From IMG/VR virus record IMGVR_UViG_3300010885_059224, positions 1 through 64,000 of that record: DNA of 64,000 nucleotides, one strand, 5' to 3'. The notes beneath the pieces were generated by a model, which made no database searches, was not told the origin of the DNA, and was given only the letters and a program-made list of their open reading frames with translations. The DNA comes from a virus. Taxonomy: Duplodnaviria > Caudoviricetes. Below are positions 44,779 to 53,700 of the stretch, piece after piece (the stretch's first letter is position 1; each line of letters starts with the position of its first letter). Position numbers and translations under genes: made by a program.

Positions 44779-46478
44779 ATAACATCTCTTGCACTACTAC
44801 TTGCGCCCTGGAGACTAATATCTCCAGCGGCCATGTAGGCGGCGCAAACAGCAAACACAAGACTGTGCATTGCATCATCAGGCTGGTTAGGGTTGTGGTT
44901 ATAGAACATTTCCTGACCGTACATACCATCCTTTACTTCTACATAAACATTTAATAAGTCCTGCATATAGTCGGACACATCCTCCCAATTAGGGAACAAT
45001 ATTTTACCTGCCTTTATTTGGCGTATAACTAATGAAATAACATCAGATCTATGTAGCACCCAGCGGTTTTGCCTCCAATCGTAATCTCCCATATCAAAAT
45101 ACTGAATAACTTTACTTCTCCTATATGTTGCTAATTGCGAACGTGTAGGGCTTGTTAATTCACACAGTTTAATTCCTCTGATAGGGTCAGGACCGGAGTC
45201 AGCCACACAAAAGGCATTATAATCATTAGCTAACTCTGAGATGTTTCTAATATGCCCTTCATGATCAAATCCATTGAATATCTTTACATAGAAAACCTCA
45301 AACACTCCATCGTTTCTCATGGCTCCTGCGGTGCATATAGTTCTGCTTTGAACCATAGAAACACCCCAATCCACTCCAACCGTGTATATCTTATACATCG
45401 GCCGGTTCTTTTCATGAATAAGCTTTTGACCATTACTATCCAACATCTTACCTAACACACAAACACGACGAAGTTCTTCTTCTGTGATGGGTTTTGTACC
45501 CATATCAAAAGTAAGCCCAAACACCTCGTTCATTATCTTTTTATGATCGTACTTACCACTAGTACATTTTTCATAAATTTCTTTCCACTCTTTTTCAGTT
45601 TCATTAAAGAATGGCAGTATAGGCTGGGCTAGATGATAACCAGTCATCAGGAAGTTAGTAGGATTTCCTGCCGCCCATTCACCATCTCTTGCATTAATAA
45701 GTTTAGAACACTTAGAACAACTCAAACCGTGCTCCAAAATCATTTTCATTGGGTCATTACCCTCTGTGAGACTATTCCAATGACCACATCCACAGCGCAT
45801 CATCCACTCAAGCTGATTCGTTGTTTTCCATAAACTATGAATAGTATTCGTACTATCCAAAGGAGTACCTGCAAAGATCTCTCTTTTGTAAGGGCTCAAT
45901 GCCATAGTTTCCTGGATAATAGGAATCTGGTCATACATCATGTCTTGCACCTCATCATAAACAATACAATCAACCGCAGGTCCACGGACTCGCGTAGCAT
46001 CATCTTTAACATAACGAAACAAGATACTGCTTCTGGTATCGCCCATAATTTTTTCAAACACATCATTCTTATCCCAACCTTTCACCAACATATTCTTAAC
46101 CTTAGGGCTATCAAACCTGGGTGGAAGGTAATTACTAGAGAAATACTTAACAGTTAATTCCTGAGGGCCAATATAGAGCATCTTGTAGTAGTTCCATCTC
46201 AACATATTCAAGCACACAAAATTACTCAAAAGTGTACTCTTTAAAGTTTTACGACTACACTTAAGGAGCAGTTTCTGTGGCATGTGGTCATACACATGTT
46301 TAAGCATCGGGAAATCAGTTAAATCTTGAAGCCTCCCCTCATTATCGAACAAATAGTTCTCGACAAAATGAGAGGGCGGAAGTACCGAAAACATCAGCTG
46401 TCGAGCGCGAAAAACAGCATCCTTGGTACCAACCTGGAAAAGTTTTTCTATAGTATCTTTGACATCAGAATGGGACAT
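44775..46478 (-). CDS. terL: Terminase large subunit
   Basis: Walker A-like KCSRKTLKST, RG..VYDEVQD, AGTP, CGCGH..CSKC zinc motif, RNase H-fold VGVDWG and PDDAMHS. Confidence 0.8.
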   Translation of the reverse strand: MSHSDVKDTIEKLFQVGTKDAVFRARQLMFSVLPPSHFVENYLFDNEGRLQDLTDFPMLKHVYDHMPQKLLLKCSRKTLKSTLLSNFVCLNMLRWNYYKMLYIGPQELTVKYFSSNYLPPRFDSPKVKNMLVKGWDKNDVFEKIMGDTRSSILFRYVKDDATRVRGPAVDCIVYDEVQDMMYDQIPIIQETMALSPYKREIFAGTPLDSTNTIHSLWKTTNQLEWMMRCGCGHWNSLTEGNDPMKMILEHGLSCSKCSKLINARDGEWAAGNPTNFLMTGYHLAQPILPFFNETEKEWKEIYEKCTSGKYDHKKIMNEVFGLTFDMGTKPITEEELRRVCVLGKMLDSNGQKLIHEKNRPMYKIYTVGVDWGVSMVQSRTICTAGAMRNDGVFEVFYVKIFNGFDHEGHIRNISELANDYNAFCVADSGPDPIRGIKLCELTSPTRSQLATYRRSKVIQYFDMGDYDWRQNRWVLHRSDVISLVIRQIKAGKILFPNWEDVSDYMQDLLNVYVEVKDGMYGQEMFYNHNPNQPDDAMHSLVFAVCAAYMAAGDISLQGASSSARDVI

Positions 46479-46636
46479 AGAACAAGAAAGAAGTTAAGTA
46501 AAAAACCGCAACAAGGCAATAACTTTGTTGCACTATATGATTTTACATACAGATCATTAGATTCGCTAATATCCACCCTAACACCTAAAGTGAAGGGAAA
46601 TAAAAAATATTATCCAATCTATGGAAAGAAGTAGTG

Positions 46637-46642
46637 TATAAT
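46637..46642 (+). promoter_or_regulatory. TATAAT -10 element, likely leaderless transcript
   Basis: GTATAATTAATTA identical to 32857-32869; ATG starts 6 nt after the -10. Confidence 0.55.
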
Positions 46643-46648
46643 TAATTA

Positions 46649-46840
46649 ATGAGCAAAACAGCAATATATTATAAAGTTAGAGACAGACTTTGCGGCTATG
46701 TAGAACCGATACTAAATCCGTTACTTAGTAAGTATTATACAGATAGCAGCAAGTCTCAGCAACGCAAAGAGTTAACGCATATTCCTGAACCTCCAGTTCA
46801 GAAACCTATGCAACAACCACCACGACCTAAAAAGGTATAA
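46649..46840 (+). CDS. Hypothetical protein (63 aa)
   Basis: ATG at the predicted transcription start. Confidence 0.5.
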   Translation: MSKTAIYYKVRDRLCGYVEPILNPLLSKYYTDSSKSQQRKELTHIPEPPVQKPMQQPPRPKKV

Positions 46841-46861
46841 CCCTTCAAAACAACACACACA

Positions 46862-47341
46862 TTGAAAAGAAGAAAAAAGAAAAAGGTTAACAAAAAAATA
46901 ATTAAGAATGAGACTCCTCCCGTTAAAAGAGGTAGGGGTAGACCTAGAAAAGAGGTTAAAGCTGTAGAGGCAACTCCGGCTAAAAGACGTGGAAGGCCAC
47001 CAAAGGTTAAAACACCATTGCCGGCTCCACTTAAGAAGGAAGACAAGCTAGCAGGGTTTAGAAGGCCCGTGAAGCTTGCTATAAGAAGCAAACCTGCAAT
47101 GGGGTACAATGACACCCCGCAATCTCCTCAGGAGCTACAGATAGCCTCACACCCATTATATAATGGCTCTGTGTGGTTACTCTCCAAGCTGCCACCACAT
47201 GAGGAGGAGTATATTAAGAAAATGGCTAGAAAGAGAGGCACCACTCCATTAAACACTATTATGGAGCATATCCTTGATTTCTTTGCCATAAGAGGCACAG
47301 AACTTGGTCAAGCATTAAAAGAAACACACAAACCCGTATAA
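46862..47341 (+). CDS. AT-hook DNA-binding protein
   Basis: KRGRGRPRK and KRRGRPPK; very basic N-half; TTG start after a C/A-rich leader. Confidence 0.7.
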   Translation: MKRRKKKKVNKKIIKNETPPVKRGRGRPRKEVKAVEATPAKRRGRPPKVKTPLPAPLKKEDKLAGFRRPVKLAIRSKPAMGYNDTPQSPQELQIASHPLYNGSVWLLSKLPPHEEEYIKKMARKRGTTPLNTIMEHILDFFAIRGTELGQALKETHKPV

Positions 47342-47342
47342 A

Positions 47343-48911
47343 ATGGAATTCACACAAAAATTCAAAAACTATTACAAAGCACACTATCCTAGCCTGTTCA
47401 TCCTAACCCATGAGGAGGAGAGGGTAGTAAAAGATATCCTGGAGCTATTCTCCACGGATGAGGTAACAAAGATACACACCTGGGATGCCCAACGTGGATT
47501 GGTTAATCTTAAAGATACAAATCAAATTCACCCAGAAGGGCTAAATAACAGCACAGAGCTTCTCAAGTATCTACAGAGCTACAGAGAAGAGGATAATATC
47601 TTTATCCTAAAAGACTTCCACCTTCACTTCGACAAGGTGATTAACATCCGCCTGCTCAGGAACCTTTGGAATATTCTAAAGACCAAGGGTAACATGTTGG
47701 TTCTTGTTGGCCATAAATTCGCAATACCCGCGGAAATGGAAAAAGAGATTCAGTTGATAGACTACGATCTCCCTGGTGCAAAGAGCATAGAGGAGCGTCT
47801 AGCGTTTATTATTGATTCTGTTAACAAGGCCCGGGAGGACAATAAAATGGACGCCCTAGTGGTTCCTGAAGAAATCAAAGAAGCGGCAGTAGAAGCAGCC
47901 AAGGGTATGACCTTTGGTGAAATTGAGAATGCTTTTGCTATGGCATACACCACCACGAAGAGCTTTGAACAGCCATTTGTGGGTACGGTATTCGATGAGA
48001 AGATTCAGCAGCTGAAGAAAAACGGACTGCTAACCTATATCCCATCTGATATATCGTTTGATAATGTGGGTGGGCTTAACGGCTTAAAGCGTTGGATCCG
48101 CTCTAGGAAAAAGGCATATTCACAGGATGCAAGAGACTACAAGCTACCCCTACCAAAGGGTATATTGCTGGCCTCTGTGCCTGGTGTGGGCAAAACTCTT
48201 GTAAGCAAGTCTATTGCTAAGGAGTTTGATTGCCCATTGTTCCAGTTCGATATGGGATCTATATTTGATTCTCATGTTGGTAACAGTGAGCGTAATATGC
48301 GTGAAGCCATCAAGGTCATAGAGAGCATTGGAAAGTGCGTTATACTTATTGATGAGATAGAAAAGAGTCTCAGTAAGGATGCAGTTTCTGGTAAGGGTGA
48401 CACAGGTGTAAGTTCACGTATCTTTGGTACGTTTCTTGGTTGGCTCAATGACAGGACTAATCCTGCGTTCATTGTGGCAACCTCAAACGATCACACCATA
48501 CTCCCAACGCCACTTATTCGTAAGGGTAGGTTTGACCAGTTATTCTGGGTTGACCTTCCTAGCGATCAGGAACGTCGTGAGATATTCAATGTGGTATTAA
48601 CCAAATATGGCCGTAACCCCTCAGATTTCGACCTAAAGAAATTTGTTGTTGAATCAGATGAATTCACAGGTGCTGAAATTGAGGATGTGGTTAAATCTGC
48701 ATTGTTCAGGGCATTTGATGTTGGTAAAGAAATATCCGATAAGGATGTATTAGCAGAGTTGGATGAGTTTATTCCTTTTGCCCATTCGCACGAGGAAGAT
48801 CTTCAGACCATGCGTAAACAAGCCCGCGGCAAGCTAGTCATGCTTAACGATCAGGGCGAAACCCAAACAATAGAAACCGCTATGCGAAAGCTTAGCATCT
48901 CAATGGAATAA
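47343..48911 (+). CDS. Ycf46-like tandem AAA+ ATPase
   Basis: N-terminal THEEER..ILKDFH degenerate domain; VGGL..LK.W, SVPGVGKT, LIDEIEK, RKGRFD. Confidence 0.85.
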   Translation: MEFTQKFKNYYKAHYPSLFILTHEEERVVKDILELFSTDEVTKIHTWDAQRGLVNLKDTNQIHPEGLNNSTELLKYLQSYREEDNIFILKDFHLHFDKVINIRLLRNLWNILKTKGNMLVLVGHKFAIPAEMEKEIQLIDYDLPGAKSIEERLAFIIDSVNKAREDNKMDALVVPEEIKEAAVEAAKGMTFGEIENAFAMAYTTTKSFEQPFVGTVFDEKIQQLKKNGLLTYIPSDISFDNVGGLNGLKRWIRSRKKAYSQDARDYKLPLPKGILLASVPGVGKTLVSKSIAKEFDCPLFQFDMGSIFDSHVGNSERNMREAIKVIESIGKCVILIDEIEKSLSKDAVSGKGDTGVSSRIFGTFLGWLNDRTNPAFIVATSNDHTILPTPLIRKGRFDQLFWVDLPSDQERREIFNVVLTKYGRNPSDFDLKKFVVESDEFTGAEIEDVVKSALFRAFDVGKEISDKDVLAELDEFIPFAHSHEEDLQTMRKQARGKLVMLNDQGETQTIETAMRKLSISME

Positions 48912-48912
48912 T

Positions 48913-49917
48913 ATGGAAAGAGAACACAAAATATCAGACACACTACAGCAGTACTACGACAAGGTATTCCAAGATGGAAAGCTTGTGAACGTACACATAG
49001 CAATGTGGGGAATGAGCTACAGCCTAACGGAAGAAGATATCAAATTAGATAACAAACTTCCTGAGGTTATTCAGCTCGGCAAGAAAATGCTTATCAAGCC
49101 TGCGGTACATAACCTGTTCCGCAGTCTACAGGCCAAGGCCCGTAACTACTTGTACGCCAACTCATTCCAGTTTCCACTGGTTCCTCAAGCACACTTTGTC
49201 CCTAAGGCAAGATATGTAGAGGTCTATCAGAAGCTGAATGAGTATAAAGAAGCGTTCATCCAGATGCGTGATGAGTTCATCGAGAAGTATCCAACCTATA
49301 AGGAGGAGGCTATAGAGTACTACAAGCAGTTTGCAGACCAGATCAACGTTGATGATATGGAATATCTATATCCCAGCGTTGAAAACGTGAAGAGCAAGTT
49401 CTCATTCGAGATTGTATCCTTCGAGGTTAAACTGCCTACTGAGTTTGCTGACATTGATATTCATACTGAAATCAATCGTGAGCAGGCTGCTGGTGAAGCT
49501 AAACTTGCGGCCGCACGTCAGTACAAGCAGGAGTATAAGAACCAGTTGGATACCCACATGGGTAAAATCAACGAGTTCGTTGGTGATGTTATCAACACCC
49601 TGCGCAGCAAGGTGGTAGAGCATTGCTCTGTTGTACTTGGTAAAATCTCAAAGAAAGAGGTTGTTTCCGAGACCAGCATCAAAACACTCATGAAGCACAT
49701 CAATGAGTTTCGTGATCTTAACTTCATAGAAGATAAGACCATAGAGGCAGAGCTTAGTAAGGTCGAAAAGCTCCTTAAAGGGGAAACAGACTTTGCCAAG
49801 GATAAGGATGCAGTCAAAGAGCTGCAGGGCGTGTTAACCAATGTTATCACGGAAGCCAAGAGTATGACCGACGTGGCCAATATCTCTGGTGAATACTTCC
49901 GTAAGCTAGAGGTATAA
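48913..49917 (+). CDS. DUF3150-like helical protein
   Basis: LGKKMLI, AHFVP, F..KY, YPS..VKSKFSF; C-terminal RKLEV; adjacent to the Ycf46-like ATPase. Confidence 0.6.
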   Translation: MEREHKISDTLQQYYDKVFQDGKLVNVHIAMWGMSYSLTEEDIKLDNKLPEVIQLGKKMLIKPAVHNLFRSLQAKARNYLYANSFQFPLVPQAHFVPKARYVEVYQKLNEYKEAFIQMRDEFIEKYPTYKEEAIEYYKQFADQINVDDMEYLYPSVENVKSKFSFEIVSFEVKLPTEFADIDIHTEINREQAAGEAKLAAARQYKQEYKNQLDTHMGKINEFVGDVINTLRSKVVEHCSVVLGKISKKEVVSETSIKTLMKHINEFRDLNFIEDKTIEAELSKVEKLLKGETDFAKDKDAVKELQGVLTNVITEAKSMTDVANISGEYFRKLEV

Positions 49918-49918
49918 T

Positions 49919-50248
49919 ATGTACGAGGGAGAAGAAACAGTAATGAATATTCCCTCTTTTGATATGCTCTGGATCTCCTTTAGGGGGGATCCAGAGGGTA
50001 CCTTTAGCTTGATAGTTCCGTGTTGCGAGGTAATCAACGGAGTAATAATAGGAATTACTCAAACTGATATCATTGTATCGCATAAAAAAGAAAACATAGA
50101 ACTCTCGCACGGAGAATTCAAGGAAGCCATAGAATATGAACTCAATGACGCATTGGAACACCAGGGGTTCAAAAAGAAGAAAATAACGCGACTTAGCGTT
50201 CAGCCGGCAAAAACAAATGACGTTATACAAATACTAATAACACAATGA
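49919..50248 (+). CDS. Hypothetical protein (109 aa)
   Basis: Closely packed in the operon. Confidence 0.55.
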   Translation: MYEGEETVMNIPSFDMLWISFRGDPEGTFSLIVPCCEVINGVIIGITQTDIIVSHKKENIELSHGEFKEAIEYELNDALEHQGFKKKKITRLSVQPAKTNDVIQILITQ

Positions 50249-50634
50249 GCCACTCAGTAAAAATCAAAACAAAGTTTAAAAACAAGAGATTACTTTTGAG
50301 TACTTTTGAAAATCTCGGATGGAAAATTGTCGAGAACCAGAAGTGCACAACATATCCCTCCGACCCTAGTAGAAACGATGTTCATCAATATGTAGCATTA
50401 AATCCTTCTCCTCGAGGATATGATGTGGGAATTGACATCAATAGTGACGGTGAAGCAGTATTCACCTGCGACTTCTTTGATAGCTCTATAGCTAGGCAGT
50501 TAGGGCAGAATCTAAAGAATGTTAAACAGAATTATTCATTAACTGAATTAAAGCAGTTCATGAATGAGGAGGATCTCAACTATCAGATAGAGACCCTAAA
50601 GACAGGAGAACTCAAAATAATCGCAACCAAATAA
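50245..50634 (+). CDS. DUF1257 / Ycf35-like protein
   Basis: MSH...IKT....L...LG, YDVG, CD.F, QNY, G.LKI pattern. Confidence 0.75.
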   Translation: MSHSVKIKTKFKNKRLLLSTFENLGWKIVENQKCTTYPSDPSRNDVHQYVALNPSPRGYDVGIDINSDGEAVFTCDFFDSSIARQLGQNLKNVKQNYSLTELKQFMNEEDLNYQIETLKTGELKIIATK

Positions 50635-50646
50635 CCAAAAACACAT

Positions 50647-50910
50647 ATGACAACACAGGGATTTGACTCCATCAAGCAGCAGCTAGAAAGATCAATCGTG
50701 GAAACACTCTATCACGATTGTCAGCCGTATCCTCCAGCAAAGGTGTATGTTCACAACTACAGCCTGCAGGCAGAGAAGTCACACGGTTGGGCAAGGGCAA
50801 AGGTTACGTATGTGGTTTACTGCCCAGGAGAAAAACTCCACACGGTAAACATCCGGTTCCAGCATGACAAGATGGGCCGGTTCCTCATGAACACAATGCA
50901 GTATGTCTAA
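50647..50910 (+). CDS. Hypothetical protein (87 aa)
   Basis: Closely packed; C/A-rich leader. Confidence 0.55.
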   Translation: MTTQGFDSIKQQLERSIVETLYHDCQPYPPAKVYVHNYSLQAEKSHGWARAKVTYVVYCPGEKLHTVNIRFQHDKMGRFLMNTMQYV

Positions 50911-51100
50911 AAACATCACATTCATTATTGATAACAATGGTAATGTGAAAGTCGACAAGGTTGAGGGATATGGATCAGGATGCCTTGAGGCTACAAAACT
51001 CATTGAGGATCGTCTTGGTGGAGCCGAGGAGGGCTCCAGAGAGATGACAGAGGAATATAATAAACCCATTGAAAACGGCGGGAATACTATAGAGTTATGA
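50903..51100 (+). CDS. DUF2997-like protein
   Basis: ITFIIDNNGNVKVDKVEGYGSGCLEATKLIEDRLG..TEEY. Confidence 0.75.
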   Translation: MSKNITFIIDNNGNVKVDKVEGYGSGCLEATKLIEDRLGGAEEGSREMTEEYNKPIENGGNTIEL

Positions 51101-51369
51101 GAAGCGTTATCTATATAGACAAGGAAGGTAATCTTTCAGGTCTTTCTGATAATCTATTCGACAAGCTGGCTGCCCTCGGTAGGAGGGCAGTCATGCGGGT
51201 CTCTAACATTGAATTCAATTCAAGAATTCAAAAATGGCAAGCAGTAGACCTTGATGGAAACATCATAGGCACACACGAGTTTAGAGATAAACTTATAGAG
51301 ATAGAACGAGATTATCTAAACACAAAAATAGAGGAAGACTATGGAAAGAATCAAAACCTGCTTTCTTAA
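51097..51369 (+). CDS. Conserved small protein of the DUF2997 neighbourhood
   Basis: IDKEG..LG...RVSNIEF...W..DL..G..R..IE..YL; ATGA-coupled. Confidence 0.55.
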   Translation: MRSVIYIDKEGNLSGLSDNLFDKLAALGRRAVMRVSNIEFNSRIQKWQAVDLDGNIIGTHEFRDKLIEIERDYLNTKIEEDYGKNQNLLS

Positions 51370-51742
51370 AAAAGCGGAAATATACGTGGGTAATGTAACT
51401 GAGGTGATGGCCATAGAATTGGTAAAGAATAGCAATAACATGTACTATGTATTTGAAAATCTATTCCATACCAAAACTGGAAAGTACAGTAAGGCAGAAA
51501 TAGCTGCGGTCTGGATGGCTGATTCATTAGCCTTAGACATTTACGAACTTGCTGTAGAAAACAGGACAAGTGGTGAAAATTCCGACGGAGGATACGCATT
51601 TGTACAGGATGGAGATAATCTCACGGGATTATCACATCTACTTGACTACACGAAAGAATACGTGGATGGTTATAACGCAGGCACAATCAGTGAAACCCCT
51701 AAAGTGGTATTCACAGAACAACACAGAAAACTAGAAGTATGA
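51341..51742 (+). CDS. Hypothetical protein (133 aa), weak WGR-domain resemblance
   Basis: SNNMYY...A..IY...V.......GY spacing; no WGR/YGR core. Confidence 0.5.
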   Translation: MERIKTCFLKKAEIYVGNVTEVMAIELVKNSNNMYYVFENLFHTKTGKYSKAEIAAVWMADSLALDIYELAVENRTSGENSDGGYAFVQDGDNLTGLSHLLDYTKEYVDGYNAGTISETPKVVFTEQHRKLEV

Positions 51743-52842
51743 AATTCTTAGCAATATCCGATGAACATCTGGGTAGCAAATTATACAACTTCCCAGAGCT
51801 AGAAAATGATTGTAGGGTAGTGTTCACAAAGGCCATAGACACAGCCATAGAGCTGGGTGTGGACTACCTTGTTAGCATTGGTGACTTGTTCGACAACAAC
51901 AAGCCGTCTTCAGAGACAATAGACTTCGTGTCTGGTGAGCTTAGAAGGCTTCGCAGGGCAAATATAATTCCATTGGGTATTGCTGGAGATCACAGCAAAC
52001 CTGTGGATGGTGTTACTTGGGAAAAAATCGCAGGATTTGATCCTATCAACACAGAGAGTGAGTTCGTTGGAATAGATTATAATGATAACCCTCAACATGT
52101 TATAGACCTGTTGAATATGGAATTAAACAGCAGACCAGCAAACTCTGTTAAGTTTATTTTCCTGCACCAGCAGGTCCCTGAGTTGTTTCACTTTATATCA
52201 GAGAAGAAGAAAGTATCTATAAAGGATATAGACTTCTCTAATCAATGCGGATCAATACAGGCTATATTCCTTGGAGATATTCATAAACGTCTAGAGATGT
52301 GGTATCACGACCCTGTGTGTGACCGTAAAATCTTTGTAGGTTATTGCGGAAGTCTAGGAGTCACAGCAGCTGATGAAACAGAGAAGGACGGCATGTACTA
52401 TTGGAATGGTGATAAGTTAGAAATAGTTGAGTACCAGCTACCTAGGAAGTTTGTTACCTTGAATATTACAAAAGACAACATAGATAACTTCTCTCCGTCC
52501 CTATATGCAGAATATGTGATGAGTGAGAATAAACCTGTGTTTCTTTGTAAATATACCCATGAGGTATCAGACCAACTAGACAAGCTCCAGTTCTTGTACA
52601 AGATTGGCATGGTTAAATTCACTAGAGTAAAACTAGATAAAAATAATCAGGAAGAACATATCAATATAAGGTCTGAGCTTAAAACCGCAGATCGTATATT
52701 TAATGTTCTTCACGAACTCACAAACGGTAAAGATGATAGCGATATCATATATAACACAGCAGTAAAATTACTAACAGAGGATGACACGGCGAAAGTTCTG
52801 GATAGTCTGAAGAACGAAATTTTACTACAACAACCAAAATAA
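51739..52842 (+). CDS. sbcD: SbcD/Mre11-like nuclease
   Basis: SDEHLG, GDLFD, AGDHS (variant of GNHD), LHQ, GDIH, YCGS. Confidence 0.85.
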   Translation: MKFLAISDEHLGSKLYNFPELENDCRVVFTKAIDTAIELGVDYLVSIGDLFDNNKPSSETIDFVSGELRRLRRANIIPLGIAGDHSKPVDGVTWEKIAGFDPINTESEFVGIDYNDNPQHVIDLLNMELNSRPANSVKFIFLHQQVPELFHFISEKKKVSIKDIDFSNQCGSIQAIFLGDIHKRLEMWYHDPVCDRKIFVGYCGSLGVTAADETEKDGMYYWNGDKLEIVEYQLPRKFVTLNITKDNIDNFSPSLYAEYVMSENKPVFLCKYTHEVSDQLDKLQFLYKIGMVKFTRVKLDKNNQEEHINIRSELKTADRIFNVLHELTNGKDDSDIIYNTAVKLLTEDDTAKVLDSLKNEILLQQPK

Positions 52843-52843
52843 T

Positions 52844-53173
52844 ATGGACGAATCAACAACATTAACTAAAAAGATCCTGCCCAGCAAAGATGTATATATC
52901 CAATTCACAGAAGAGGAGGTTGATCAACTTGGCTTAGAGGCTGGGCAGAATTTCAGTGTTGAGTTAACTCCTGATGGACATGTGCTTATGAAGCCATACG
53001 TTAAACTAGAGGTGGACTTCTCTGAACTCCCTCGTGAGATCCTAGAAAATATTATAGCTGAATCCTGTGACAGGGATATTAGTGCTAATAATGTAATTGT
53101 GGATATGCTCAAGGCCGGATTAGACCGCCTTGAAAATGAGAAAACCACAAAAGACGGTGAAGAAAATAAATGA
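52844..53173 (+). CDS. AbrB/MazE-like DNA-binding protein
   Basis: VYIQFTEEEVDQLGLEAGQNFSVELTPDGHVLMKP swapped-hairpin pattern. Confidence 0.55.
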   Translation: MDESTTLTKKILPSKDVYIQFTEEEVDQLGLEAGQNFSVELTPDGHVLMKPYVKLEVDFSELPREILENIIAESCDRDISANNVIVDMLKAGLDRLENEKTTKDGEENK

Positions 53174-53700
53174 GTCCTGAACTAGAACAAGTTTTGGTAG
53201 ATACTTATCCTAATTTCTTCAGAGGTAAAAACGAACCACTCACCCAAAATCTCATGGCCTTTGGCTGTGAGTGCGGGGATGGGTGGTATGAGCTTATAGA
53301 CACATTCTGCAAGCTGGCTAGTAATAAATTGAAGCACGCCAGGTATATAAGATTAAAGCCCCAGTTTAAAACTCCGGATGTGGAATTTGAAAAATACATA
53401 GCTCCTGACTTCAAGTTTATTCAAGTAAAGGAAAAGTATGCCACAATAAGGCTATACTTTGATATTACTCAACCTGAGGGAGATAACAAACACAGGCTTA
53501 ATGAGGCAGACATATTAGATCGGTTTGGTGAAATTCTAACAACAATACATGCGTTCGAATATTACACAGACTATCTATCAGGCAGAACATGCGAGGAGTG
53601 TGGCAAGCCTGGAAAAATATACCAGGGCGGCTGGTGGAGAACCCTATGCCCTGAGCATGCCAAAGATAGCAACAGATTAGAAGACGAAGAACTACCATAA
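53170..53700 (+). CDS. Conserved phage zinc-finger protein
   Basis: CGDGW, QVKEKY, TCEECGKPG..GWWRTLC..H. Confidence 0.7.
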   Translation: MSPELEQVLVDTYPNFFRGKNEPLTQNLMAFGCECGDGWYELIDTFCKLASNKLKHARYIRLKPQFKTPDVEFEKYIAPDFKFIQVKEKYATIRLYFDITQPEGDNKHRLNEADILDRFGEILTTIHAFEYYTDYLSGRTCEECGKPGKIYQGGWWRTLCPEHAKDSNRLEDEELP

